64,000 nt of DNA, from positions 744,001-808,000 of the forward strand of contig JASVEC010000001.1 in NCBI GenBank assembly GCA_030770535.1. Reading direction: 5' to 3'. Below are positions 37,106-48,954 of the stretch, piece by piece (position 1 is the first letter of the stretch; each line of letters opens with the position of its first letter). The notes under the pieces were generated by a model, which made no database searches, was not told where the DNA came from, and saw nothing but the letters and a program-made list of their open reading frames with translations. This DNA is from Batkoa obscura. Its lineage: Eukaryota. The position numbers and the translations under genes are program-made.

Positions 37106-38446
37106 ATGAGTAGTAGTACAATAAATAGTCAAGTAGAGGAAAAATTCGAGAGTAAAAGCCCAAATTCAAATAGCTCAAACGCTACTTTTAGAGAAGCAAA
37201 CGAAGATGTATTAGATGAAAAAATAGAAGAAGATCCAAGGCTGGATAGTAGGCAAAGCTGGATCGTAGTCATAGCAAGTTTCTTCAATTTGTTTGTTGTT
37301 TTAGGAGTAGTATATAGCTCTGGAGTATTTGTTCAATATTACGCCGATGACCTATTTAAAGACAAAGTACCATTATCCACATTGAGTTTTATCGGAACTT
37401 TAAGTACTTCTCTCACAACTTTATTAGCTGTATTTACAGGAAGATTAGCAGATAGAATAGGTTATCGTAACTCTATCCTTATTGGCTCAGTAATTTATGC
37501 TTTGGGATTATTATTGGCATCCTTTAGTTCAGAAGTATGGCATTTGTTTTTAACGCAAGGGGTTATGGTAGGTATTGGAGGTGCTATTGCATTTGTTCCT
37601 GCTGTAAGTGCTCCTGCTCAATGGTTCAGGAAATACATTGGTTTAGCTACAGGTATTGCTGTAGCTGGTTCTGGAATCGGTGGCTTAGCATTAAGTCCAA
37701 TTACTCAAGTTGTTTTAGATAAGTTAGGATTTAGATGGGCACTTCGAGTACAAGCAATTATTTCTATTACTATATTAATCGTCACCGCTTTTTTTATAAA
37801 ACCAAGAGTAGTATCCCAAAACAAAGGTTCATGGTTTGATTTCTCTAAATTCAAGAACCGTAAATTCCTTGCTTTATTCTTCGGAGGTTTCTTATGCTCT
37901 TTTGGTTATCTTGTCCCATTCTTACTTATGGGTAAATATGCAAAATCAATCAACCTTACTGTTTCCCAAGGTTCCATTTTAATCGGGCTATTAAATGGTG
38001 GATCTGCTATTGGTAGAGTTGTATTAGGTAGTTTAGGCGATCGTTTTGGTAGAATCAATATTCTTTCCGTTTGCATTGCATTTACATCATTTTTCTGTTA
38101 TTTCATCTGGACATTTTCATATAATTTCGGTGTATTATTACTTTTCAATATTTTATATGGTGTAGCAGCTGGAGGTTTTATTTCAATGTTACCTGTTGTC
38201 ACAGTTCAATTATTTGGTGTAGAAGGTATTGCAAGTATTAATGGATTACTTTATTTTGGCTCTGGGATTCCAAATTTGGTTGGTACCCCTATTGCATCGG
38301 CTATATTAACTGCTTCAAGTTCTGACCCAGCCAATCCTAATTATATTCCTGTTATAATGTATTCAGCAACTTCCGCTTTATTAGGATCAACGTTTTTCTT
38401 TACCCTTAAACTTATGGTTAATAGGAAAATAACCGCGATAGTATAA
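37106..38446 (+). CDS. MFS transporter, monocarboxylate transporter (MCT/Mch)-like
   Basis: SWIVVIASF, GRLADRIGYR, QWFRKYIGLATGIAVAGSGIGG, GRVVLGSLGDRFGR. About 12 TM segments; intronless. Confidence 0.88.
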   Translation: MSSSTINSQVEEKFESKSPNSNSSNATFREANEDVLDEKIEEDPRLDSRQSWIVVIASFFNLFVVLGVVYSSGVFVQYYADDLFKDKVPLSTLSFIGTLSTSLTTLLAVFTGRLADRIGYRNSILIGSVIYALGLLLASFSSEVWHLFLTQGVMVGIGGAIAFVPAVSAPAQWFRKYIGLATGIAVAGSGIGGLALSPITQVVLDKLGFRWALRVQAIISITILIVTAFFIKPRVVSQNKGSWFDFSKFKNRKFLALFFGGFLCSFGYLVPFLLMGKYAKSINLTVSQGSILIGLLNGGSAIGRVVLGSLGDRFGRINILSVCIAFTSFFCYFIWTFSYNFGVLLLFNILYGVAAGGFISMLPVVTVQLFGVEGIASINGLLYFGSGIPNLVGTPIASAILTASSSDPANPNYIPVIMYSATSALLGSTFFFTLKLMVNRKITAIV

Positions 38447-39126
38447 TCTCAAAATTCATTTCTGTTTGTTTCTTAATGATCATGTTGTAATTAATTGTTG
38501 AAGGCGATTTAAAGGTTTCATCCTATTACACTAATAAAAATAATTATTTCTGTTTTTAATATAATTAAGTGAATATTTCAATTTTTAAGATGGTGTTTTT
38601 ATTAAGATATTCGTGGAATAGTTTTAAATGACTTTAAACTTGTAGTTTCAGGTTAAACTACAAGTCTAGAAAACAAATGTTCTTGTTAAAAAAACATACT
38701 TTAATTAACCCATCATAATCTATACAATTTTTAAATTCATCATCTTTAGACCCTTAAATTATCTCTAATATACTCCTTGCTGTTAAATATCAAATTCAAA
38801 AATAAATAGATGATTTTTTAAAAGCGGAATCTGAAAAAGATTTAATGTGTTGTTAAGATGCTCAGCGCAAAAGGAAACAGGAATGCCTTTTATTTCATTT
38901 CATCTTTCATACAACGTAAAATTTAAAAAAACAGTTAGACTTGAAACAATAAAAAATATTTACATGTTTATTTATATGAATAACATAACTTTTTATTGTA
39001 ATGATTGTACATACAGCTGTTAAATTAATACAAATAAAAGACAAAGATTGTGACATAGTAAAATTACAAGCACAAGTTTTAAGAAATAGTGGAAAGATTG
39101 ACTACCATACTTTTCAACTTAGAATA

Positions 39127-39229
39127 TGAGGGTATTTTCTTTGATTTCATCACTTTTTCCATTTTTCAAGCGCTATTTGAGTAGAATAATTGTTAGTAAA
39201 ATTCTTAAACAAAAAAATACATTCCCTCA
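39127..39229 (-). mobile_element. MITE family A copy
   Basis: Matches the family A consensus; TA flanks. Confidence 0.82.
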
Positions 39230-39419
39230 TAATCAACCCATTTAATTAGCCTGAATAATATATTTAAGATACATTATTTTATAAAATAAATATACCTTAT
39301 ATGTAAATAAAATTTCGTTCATACATTAACATAGTTATTTAGTCTATAAAATACTTAAGCCTTTATTAATAATAGGGATATTAATAATTTATTAGTAAAA
39401 CTTTAATACAAGTTAATAT

Positions 39420-39519
39420 TGGGGGTGTGTTTTTTTGTTCAAGAATTTCACTAACAATCTTTCTGCTCAAATGGCGCTTAAAAATGGAAAAAACAATGAA
39501 ACCAAAAAAAACATCCTCT
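39420..39519 (+). mobile_element. MITE family A copy
   Basis: Matches the family A consensus; AT flanks. Confidence 0.82.
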
Positions 39520-39737
39520 ATTAATTAAAAACAAAATTTTATGCCAAGAATAATAAGTAATTTTATAAATAATAAAAAGCTATATTTACTACCTTTAGCC
39601 TTTTAAAAAAAATAAAAAAAAGTAAAGATAAATTAGATCATTAGCACATAGTTAAAAGCATACTGCTTTTGAATGCATATATTTACATTGCAGTTGATAA
39701 TGTCATTATCGTTTTATATAAAAAAGCAAAATTACAA

Positions 39738-39810
39738 AGCCCAACGCGGGGGTCGAACCCGCAACCTTGAGATTAAGAGTCTCACGCTCTGCCGATTGAG
39801 CTAGCCAGGC
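39738..39810 (-). tRNA. tRNA-Lys (anticodon CTT)
   Basis: GCCTGGC TA GCTC AATCGGCA GAGC G TGAGA CT CTT AA TCTCA AGGTT GCGGG TTCGACC CCCGC GTTGGGC T forms a full cloverleaf. No intron; T-rich tail follows. Confidence 0.96.
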
Positions 39811-40080
39811 AATTGATGTGTTGACAATTAAGGATTTTATATTATAAACTGTTTCTGACTTAGCAATATTTTGTAGATAGACACATCTCAAAGAAAGTTA
39901 TCAAAAGGCATTTTATAACAGAACTGTGTATGATTTTTTACTTTTGATTATCTGCGTTTTAAGTACTTATGTTTAACGATTGTAAAAATTATAAGGAAAC
40001 TTCAGCATAACTTTTTGTTAATATAAAAAATAGTAATGTTTTGTAATAATCAATAGTCAAACGTGGCTATAAGTACCATA

Positions 40081-40228
40081 TGGGGGTGTCTTTTTGGCTT
40101 CATTATTTTTTCCATCTTTTAAGCGCTATTTGAGCGGAAAAGTTGTTAGTAAAATTCTTAAATACAAAAATACATCTCCATTTGAACAGAAAGATTGTTA
40201 GTAAAATTCTTAAAAAAATAAATTCCCA
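40081..40228 (-). mobile_element. MITE family A copy with partial tandem duplication of one end
   Basis: Full copy at 40081-40180, followed by a repeat of TTTGA..GAAAGATTGTTAGTAAAATTCTTAAA..CCCA ending at 40228. Confidence 0.8.
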
Positions 40229-41319
40229 TATTCTACTGAAAGAGCCCAAAGCTCATTAGCAATAGTCTCGCTCAGGTTTTCTTGAAATATTTATCTTGTT
40301 TGACCACTTTTGGATCAAAATAAACAGAAGTACCATCCTTTATTTTGTAAAGTTTATCTAAAAACACCAGTACTTTCAAAATTTATTTTAATCTGATTTT
40401 AAGAGCAAAGCATGGAACACCTTTGAATCTTCTGGAGGTTTTCAAAGTTAAGCTTATTCAAAGGTTGCTTGGACAAAGTTCTTATATTTAACTTGGTGAA
40501 ATAGTGCACTTCCGACTCTTCAGTGTAATTCGACCAAATTGTTTTTTATTTTATTTTATTTTATTATATTATATTTTTATTATATTTTTATTATATTTTT
40601 GATTAAATAAAGGTTTTACGCGAGAGCTTTTAAAAATACGAATAAAGATCCTTAACTAATAAATTTATAGAGTTTTGAGCCATTTTATATCATATTAATT
40701 GTTATAAATAGATTATATAGCGTTATTGTTTTAAAGTTTAATATAAATGCTTTTATAAATATCTTATTCTTTATTATAATTTTATCTATTTTAATCAATT
40801 TAAAATTAATAAATTACATTTATAGCTTTTATGGATAATATAACGCAAAGGATATCTAATAAATTTTGTATTCATATAAACTACATTATCAATTTAAATT
40901 AACGGAGTAAGTTTTAAAAGACAATTAAATTCTTATAACAAATTAACCACTTTTGGTTAATTTAATAAAGTTACTATTGTTACAAAAGGTATTTTCTAAT
41001 CATGTTTTGATATAAACTTTAATACATTATAAAAAAACATAATATTATTTGTTCTTTATTAGAATTATAAAAGAATTATAGATCTGCAATTGCATGATCA
41101 ACTTTTACTATATCAAGTAAAGTTTGTGTTATTCATTAAAATTAATTTGCAATGAACCGTTGAATCAATGTTGAACATAAGAACTATTTAAAAATCAAAA
41201 AATTAATTGGTGATAACCAGATTTCATTGGCAATCAAAATTATCATAATATTCTAAAAAGTATATAAAAGGCTCAAAGATAACATTTAAAACATTTAAAA
41301 ATAAAACAATAGAAAATAA

Positions 41320-41694
41320 ATGGCTAACCTAGTATTAAATATAATTACCAAAGACCAAGTATGTAATTATAATGAATATCATGAGTATTTAGATGAATAT
41401 TTATATGATCAAGAAGAATTCGATAATGATTTAATGGGTGATATACCTTTATTGATTATGTTACCAAGTCCTATAAGTTCAGTAGAATCATTACCAACTA
41501 CTCCAATAGATGACAATCAAAGTTACAATGTAAACAATAATTGGGATCAATTAATTAATGAAACTAAAAAAAATACATCTAGATATTCAAATTATAAAAT
41601 GTTTGAAAACGAATATACAAGTATATATAATACAATATCAGATATCAATAGTCTTGATAAAAAAAGTAAACGACGTGCAATGTATTTTCCTTAA
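41320..41694 (+). CDS. small hypothetical protein
   Basis: 124-aa ORF with TATATAAAAG about 55 bp upstream and an A-rich start context. Acidic/Tyr-rich N-part and LPSPISSVESLPTTP. Confidence 0.55.
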   Translation: MANLVLNIITKDQVCNYNEYHEYLDEYLYDQEEFDNDLMGDIPLLIMLPSPISSVESLPTTPIDDNQSYNVNNNWDQLINETKKNTSRYSNYKMFENEYTSIYNTISDINSLDKKSKRRAMYFP

Positions 41695-42706
41695 TATCCT
41701 TGTTTTTTGATTCCTTTGTACTCTATATTTAAAATAATAAACTTAATTATTGTAATTTTATATATTAATTTTTATTTAACTATAAATTATAAAAATAATG
41801 ATTTAAAGCAGTCGTGGAAAAGTAGATTCACTTGAGACATTAATATTTTTATAAAAAAACTAGTTTCTCAGATCGCCATTTATAAAATAATACGTAGCAT
41901 TGAAGTTGCGTTATTTAGTTTTACAACAATATTTTAAAGATGTAAGAGCTTATTTTGCTTTATAAAATAAGTATTAAAAGTACAATTAGATACATCAAAT
42001 GTATCAAATACCAAATACTTTGAGCTTTTTTAAAGTTATAATAGTAGCTAAAACAATTGGAATCTAAAATCGTACTTAATTTATTTGTTTAATTAAATAT
42101 CTACTAACTTTATTTATAAAGGTTCTAAAATTCCCATATGATATAGTGTTGTTATATTATTTGATTTATATATTAAAAGTAAAAAATAGTCATAAGACTT
42201 GTAAAAATAGCTGTTTGACAAAAACTAGTTACAAGTAAAAATCGAAAAGAATTCTTATGAGTATCATAAAGTGCTATTTTTTACTATTTTATTCATATTT
42301 TAAATAATCAAAACTCAAAAAATTTATTAGTTAAATTTCCAACAAATGAGCACAATATCAAGCCAAACTTTTGATTTTATCTAATAGTCATCGCTTTTGA
42401 ATAGAGCTTAGATAAAGTAATATTAAGGCAACAAAAACTTTTATATTAAGAAAATAAAACACCCGCTAATATTCATTTATAAATTTTAATATATTATATA
42501 TTAAAATAGGTTCCTTGGTTCCAAAATAGCTAACCATTGGGTTCTACTTTAGTAATAAATACTCTATATTATGACTAATATTACATATCTTTAACTTGCC
42601 TTTTATGTAGTCTAATATTCATTTATTGTTATTATGTTATTTATTAACTTAAGTTCTTGATTAAACAGATTTGTTCTTTTACCCAGGTGCTTATCCAATC
42701 TACAAA

Positions 42707-43006
42707 TGTGATTATATATATGGGGATATATTTTTTTGTTTAAGAATTTTACTAACAATCTTTCCGCTCAAATAGTGCTTAAAAAATAGAAAAAGTGATG
42801 AAACCAAAAAAACATCCTCATATATCTACATTCTTTGGTACCCTTTTTTTGTTAGCTTTTGATGCAATTCGAAATAAAAGGAATTTTGGTATAATCATAC
42901 TAATAGAAAATACTTACAAAATCTTATGAGAAGGTAACTTTTATTTCGAATTACATCAAAAGATTTAAAAAAAGGTTACCAAAAAATACAGATATATATA
43001 ATCACA
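42707..43006. mobile_element. fold-back element whose left arm is interrupted by a family A MITE
   Basis: With 42721-42820 removed, the left arm TGTGATTATATA..TCTACATTCTTTGGTACCCTTTTTTT..CTTTTGATGCAATTCGAAATAAAAG pairs with 42938-43006. Confidence 0.75.
42721..42820 (+). mobile_element. MITE family A copy (nested)
   Basis: Matches the family A consensus; inserted in a TA run. Confidence 0.88.
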
Positions 43007-43514
43007 ACTGTATCAATATGAATGAAAATGAAGATAAGCTGGAGATGCTAACAATAGAAACCTTACTTTTTAATTTATAAAACTATTCTTTGAAAAAAAA
43101 GAGATAAGAATTGATGTTCTAAAGGGATGGTTTATAAGTTAAAATTTTGCTAATAAACATTACTTCAATATAATAATCGTATTATTTAAAAAGAACAATT
43201 GATTTTGATGCTAATGTTTTAAATTTTTATTGCTCAATATTATTAAGAAATATTAACTAAAATTTTTATTTTAAGACAAAATAATTATCTTATTGAGAAG
43301 AGCTATCAAAAAATATATTATTCTATGAAGCCAATTAATAATTATTAAAAAAATCAATTACTTACGCCATAACTTTTAATAAATTCCCAAAATTGGCTTA
43401 TCATTGACGTTAATTTTTACTTAAAAACTTGACCAAAAATCAGTGACTTCATTATCAAACTTTAATTAAAAATATAAATTTAACTAGTTTTTTAATAATT
43501 CTATGCTTTATTAA

Positions 43515-45386
43515 ATGAATGGGGATAAAACAGAGATCAAAGATAATGATTTCAATCCAGTAATTGAGGATAACATTGGAAATAGTCATTCAAGAGATGA
43601 AGAAAGGAATGGTAGTTCAAATGATCAAGGGAGGAATAGTAGTAGTGATGACGATTTGGAGTTTAGAGATTATAATACAAACGAAAAGAATAAAAGAAAT
43701 GGACCATTGCTTGATTTTAACCAACCTGAAACAAGTGTTGAAACCGAAGAAGTCGACCGTGATATAGAAGAAAGTGATTGGTGGAGTAAAGAAGGGTTAA
43801 CTTATGAAGAAGCTAAGGAATTTGATCGTCAGTTTTATATAAGAAGGATCAATAATTCTAATGAGGAAATTAATAAAAAATGGTATAATAAATGGCTATC
43901 ATCTACTTGGGCTAGAATGATTTGGACCACTATTACTTTATTAGGTTTACAATTTACTTGGTCTTTAGAACTTTCTTATGGTAAGTTAATTTATATATAT
44001 ATATATATTGTATATTTTAAAATTTAATTAAAGGTACTCCTTATTTATTATCACTTGGATTATCAAAATCTATGATGTCATTGGTTTGGTTAGCAGGCCC
44101 ACTTTCAGGTAATTATTATTCAATAATAATATAATATAGTATAACATAATAGATTATAATTAAATCATTTTAGGATTAATAATGCAACCATTGATTGGTG
44201 TAATAAGTGATAAATGTGAGTCACCACTAGGACGACGTCGGCCGTTTTTAATCGTTGGTACAGTATTTGTGTTATTTGCATTAATAAGTATTGGATGGAC
44301 ACAAGAATTTGTTGATTTTTTAAATGGTCCATCATCTGCTACAAAATATATTGCTGTATTAGCTTTTTATATTTTAGATTTTGCTGTTAATACAAGTAAG
44401 TCTTTTATATTTTTTTAACAAGTGTTTTTTATGTTATATTTTTAGTTCAAGCTGCTGCTAGAGCTTTAATTGTAGATGTTTTACCAGCTAGATTTCAAGA
44501 AACGGGGAATGCATGGGCAGGACGAATGATTGGGGTTGGTAATGTTATTGGCTATTTTATGTAAGTTAATATATTTTAAATGCAAAAATTGCATTTATTT
44601 AGTTTAATTGTTTAGGGGGTATTTAGATTTAGTAACATTATTTCCGACTCTTGGGGATAAACAATTAAAAATATTAAGTTTTTTTGCATGTCTATTACTT
44701 ACATTTATGGTAGGCTTAACTTGTTTTATGGTTCGAGAAATTCAATATAGTAAACCAAATTTAATTGAGCCACCTATTAATGAAGCAATTGAAAGAAATA
44801 ACATACATGAATTTACACCTATATTTCAAGCTATTAAAGATATTTTTATAAATATTAAAAATTTACCACAGCCAATATGGAAATTATGTATTGTTCAATT
44901 CTTTTCTTGGATTGGTTGGTTTCCTTTTTTATTTTATTCAACTACCTGGGTAGCTGAATTTATGAATAATAATATAGCAATAAATAATAATCAATTAGAA
45001 GATGAAGTAGGTAATAAAACAAGAGTAGGATCAAAGGCGTTTGTTATTTATTCTATTGTATCATTAATATCGTCCTTTATATTACCAGTATTTTGTAGTT
45101 CAAGTATCAATAATAATAACAATTCGAAATTAAAAAATATAATTCAATATTTTCCAACCTTACCTCAATTCTTTACATTATCTTTAGTCTTATTTGGTAT
45201 ATTAATGTTATCTACATTCTTTATAAATTCCGTTATTGGTGCTACTTTAATTATTGCTTTATGTGGTATATCCTGGTCTGTTTCAATGTGGGCGCCCTTT
45301 GCATTAATTGGTGAATTTGTACACCAAAAAGGATCAATAATTCAAAATTCAGAGTATTTGCCTTTACAAGATATTATTACTCAAAC

Positions 45387-45429
<43 letters not shown>

Positions 45430-45687
45430 CAAATTCGTGAAACAAGTGATAATAATAATAACAATATTATAAATAATCATAATAATCCTATTAATTCACC
45501 ACCAGAAGCAGGAATGATATTAGGAATTCATAATATATTTATTGTTGTACCTCAATTACTAACGTCTTTTGTGGCTGCTATTATATTTATGATACCTGGT
45601 TTAGGGGAATCAGTGGGCATTATTTTAAGACTGGGTGGTATTACTTCGTTAGTGGCATGTTATTTATCTTTAAAGTTATGGAAGTAA
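43515..45687 (+). CDS. sucrose/alpha-glucoside:H+ symporter-like MFS protein (SUT/SLC45, GPH family), multi-exon
   Basis: LLGLQFTWSLELSYGTPYLLSLG..VWLAGPLSGLIMQPLIGVISD...GRRRPF, LDFAVN..QAAARALIVD, QFFSWIGWFPFLFY, MWAPFALIGE, GIHNIFIVVPQ. Confidence 0.9.
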
Positions 45688-45895
45688 ATCTTTAATAAAA
45701 GAAATAATTAAAAGAATTAAAGTTATTTAAGTGTTAAACTAAGTTCTTAAATGAAGATAATAAAAAATTAATAAAGTAAAAGTAAAGTTTTTTTTACATA
45801 AAATTGATTTATTTGATATAGATAATAGAAGAAAAATTAAATATTATATTGAAGTTACTTTAAAAGTTAAAATGATATTAATTATATCTTATTAA

Positions 45896-47152
45896 CTAGT
45901 AATCATAATTATATTTATCAGAGTGACCATGTTTCTTTCCATGATGGTAATCATCTACATCATGATATTTATGGTCATCATAGGGTTTATGTTCATGACC
46001 ATAACCACGTCTGTGATGTTTATATCCTTTGACACCTTTGCTACGACGGTAGACATGATGTTTCTTGCCATAGTGGTCATCATCGCCATAGCGTTTAATA
46101 CCGTAATGATGGTCATCATCATCCTCATAATGTTTCTTTTTACCATAATGGTCATCATCATGACCATATTTCTTTCCGTGGTAGTGATCATCATCATCAC
46201 CATGATGCTTCTTTTTACCATAGTGGTCATCATCATGACCATATTTCTTTCCGTGGTAGTGATCATCATCATGGTAGCTTGGCTTATAATCATCGGTCTT
46301 ATAACTTCTTCTATAGACTTTCTTTTTACCGTAATGATCATCATCATCACCATGATGCTTCTTTTTGCCGTAATGGTGGTCATCATCATCATAATGCTTC
46401 TTTTTGCCGTAATGGTGGTCATCATCATCATAATGCTTCTTTTTACCGTAATGGTGGTCATCATCATCATCATAATGCTTCTTTTTACCGTAATGGTGGT
46501 CATCATCATCATCATAATGCTTCTTTTTACCGTAATGGTGATCATCATCGTCTTTACCATAATGTTTCTTTCCATAGTGGTGGTCATCATCATGGTAACT
46601 TGGCTTATAATCATCAGTCTTATAATTTCTTCTGTAATGTTTCTTTCCATAATGATGGTCATCATCATCATCATAATGCTTCTTTTTACCGTAATAGTGG
46701 TCATCATCATCATCATAATGTTTCTTTCCATAATAATGATCATCATCATCATCGTAATGTTTTTTACCATAATGATGATCATCATCATCATCATCATCGT
46801 AGTGTTTTTTACCATGTTTTGATTTCTTATATTTATCTTTTTTATCATCCTTCTTATCATCCTTCTTATCGTCCTTCTTATCGTCCTTCTTATCATCCTT
46901 CTTATCATCCTTTTTATCATCCTTCTTATCGTCTTTCTTGTCATCCTTCTTATCATCTTTTTTGTCTTCAGTTAAACTAACTTCAGGTGGTGCATTATCA
47001 ACACTAGCAACATTTGGGGCACTATTTAATTTGAGTCCTTTTAACGCTTCTTGGACACCACTTTGACCTAAGATATCAGCACCAGCAAGACCTTCAGAAG
47101 TAAGTTGGTGAGCACAAAGTGCGAGAAGGGTAAGTAAGGAAATATTCTTCAT
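45896..47152 (-). CDS. secreted His/Asp/Lys/Tyr-rich tandem-repeat protein (possible multi-peptide precursor)
   Basis: Signal-like MKNISLLTLLALCAHQLTS, then about 11 DDKK repeats, then many HY(D)3-7HHYGKK(K) units grouped in blocks separated by RR. TATAAATA lies about 70 bp upstream on the minus strand. Confidence 0.82.
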   Translation of the reverse strand: MKNISLLTLLALCAHQLTSEGLAGADILGQSGVQEALKGLKLNSAPNVASVDNAPPEVSLTEDKKDDKKDDKKDDKKDDKKDDKKDDKKDDKKDDKKDDKKDDKKDKYKKSKHGKKHYDDDDDDDHHYGKKHYDDDDDHYYGKKHYDDDDDHYYGKKKHYDDDDDHHYGKKHYRRNYKTDDYKPSYHDDDHHYGKKHYGKDDDDHHYGKKKHYDDDDDHHYGKKKHYDDDDDHHYGKKKHYDDDDHHYGKKKHYDDDDHHYGKKKHHGDDDDHYGKKKVYRRSYKTDDYKPSYHDDDHYHGKKYGHDDDHYGKKKHHGDDDDHYHGKKYGHDDDHYGKKKHYEDDDDHHYGIKRYGDDDHYGKKHHVYRRSKGVKGYKHHRRGYGHEHKPYDDHKYHDVDDYHHGKKHGHSDKYNYDY

Positions 47153-48839
47153 ATTGTTAATATCTAATTAATAAATTAAATTTAATTGTAATACAATATC
47201 GATGGTAGAAATTGAGATATTTATATTTTTTCAAAAAGTATGGAGGAGTATCAAACTCCAGTATTTAGCATAAAGGAGATAAATGTTACTATATTCTCCT
47301 AAATACATAGAGTTAACCCCTTAAAGGTGAGGTTTTGTTGATAAAAATATAGGATTTGCTAAATTTGGTTAATTTGAAAAACGAAAAATTTGAACTATTA
47401 ACCTTATTTAGCTATTTTGAGCTTAATAATTTTAACATATAAACAATTTTCTCCTTAATTTTTAAATTACCCCAGAAATAATAAAGTGGGTTTAATAATG
47501 TAATCTACCCAGTTACGAAATAGAAAATGATGAATTTATTAAAAAACAATAGCTAACTTGATTCATAAGTTTCCTATTAACAGTATAATAGAAAATAAAG
47601 TATCTCAAACAGAACAAAAGTAACTTATTTTTAACTATACCCCTACTATTAAGCTTAAAACTCAATAGTAAATTGTTTGAAATAGTAATTACACCTAAAA
47701 TATTTTTCTAAATGCGCTAAGCTGAAACTGGGGGTTAAGTGAGTGAATTTTTTAAATTTTCTCATTTTCATCTTTTATGCATGTGAGCTGAATTAATTTT
47801 TAACTCGATTTGCCCATTTTTATTGAATATTCAATATCAATCATGTATTATTAAAAGTAGATTAAAAATAGTAGACTTTTTAATAACGTACTTGCTTAAA
47901 CTGTGTTAATAAATATTGTAACACTTAGATTATCTACAATCTCATCAATAGACAATTAGTCCAGTTATTCATATTGTAAATTGTAGAGTTCTTTTTTAAT
48001 ATTAAAAAAATCAGTATTTCGAAAAAAGGATAACTTTCAAAATGAAATAATTGCATAAAAATAAAGCTTATCCAGGGGGATTTTGAGTATACGTAATAAT
48101 AAACCCAGCCTTTTTTATTTTGAAAAATTGAAGTATGATAACTATAAAACTTGGTAAAAAAAAACATTATCTACTCAAACTATTTTTGAATATATATGGA
48201 ATCGGTTTATCCAGAAAAATGTAAAGAAGCAGTTCCTAAATATTATATTAGAGATAAAAAATCTTGAAAAGTAATCGAACTAAATGTGTTTATTTTTAAG
48301 AGTACAAAAGTTATAAGGAAGGAGGTAAGAAAAAGAGGGGTATGTAAAAGTGAGATAATTGTATTAAGATTTAGGTAAGATTTATAGGATAGATTGACTT
48401 ACTTCAAATGCGGAAAGGATCTGTTTTTTTGTTTCTATTCTATTTATTCGTTTTGGTTTTGGCCGAAAATACCTGGGACTTTTAAACATTCGAATATCGT
48501 TAAAAAAAATTAAACATTGCTAACATTTTTATTATAATAAATAGAAATTCATACAATAAAGTGATAGCTTGATTAATTTGTATAGACTATAGTACTCAAT
48601 CTACCTATTTAAATAATTTCTCTTAAATAAGAAATAAAGAATGCTACTATTTATTACTATCTATTAATTTTAAACTAAATTGGAAATTGGGTTTTGTGTA
48701 AATGATATTTGATAAAATAAAAATACTCACGTTATTTTAGAAAAATTAAAATTCAAGTGTTGTTATGATCATTAGTATAATAAAAATCATCCATATTAGA
48801 TTTTATAAACTATTTTTCTAACTATTAAGCTTTTATATA

Positions 48840-48940
48840 TGGGGATGTATTTTTTGTTTAAGAATTTTTACTTATAACTTTTCCACTCAAATAGCGCCTA
48901 AAAAATGGAAAAAGTGATGGAACCCAAAAAAACACCCCAA
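48840..48940 (+). mobile_element. MITE family A copy
   Basis: Matches the family A consensus; TA flanks. Confidence 0.85.
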
Positions 48941-48954
48941 TATGTTTTTTCTAT

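Noticed and set aside
38638..38665. Perfect 11-bp hairpin ACTTGTAGTTT...AAACTACAAGT downstream of the MCT gene
   Set aside because: Rho-independent terminators are not expected in a eukaryote, and a single short palindrome has no other support.
39706..39891. 61-aa minus-strand ORF
   Set aside because: It is a chance translation across the tRNA-Lys gene.
40234..40527. Possible TIR pair ACTGAAAGAG ... CTCTTCAGT
   Set aside because: The match is short and gapped, with no second copy in the window.
45923..46980. Three long overlapping ORFs (Met/Ile-rich 299 aa and 333 aa; His-rich 233 aa)
   Set aside because: They are shadow frames produced by the stop-poor (CAT/GAT)n repeats of the 45896-47152 gene. 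Only that frame has a signal peptide, a unique N-terminus and an upstream TATA box.
47313..47738. Possible second piggyBac-like element (TTAACCCC ... GGGGTTAA)
   Set aside because: The inverted match stops after 8 nt, which is too weak in AT-rich DNA.
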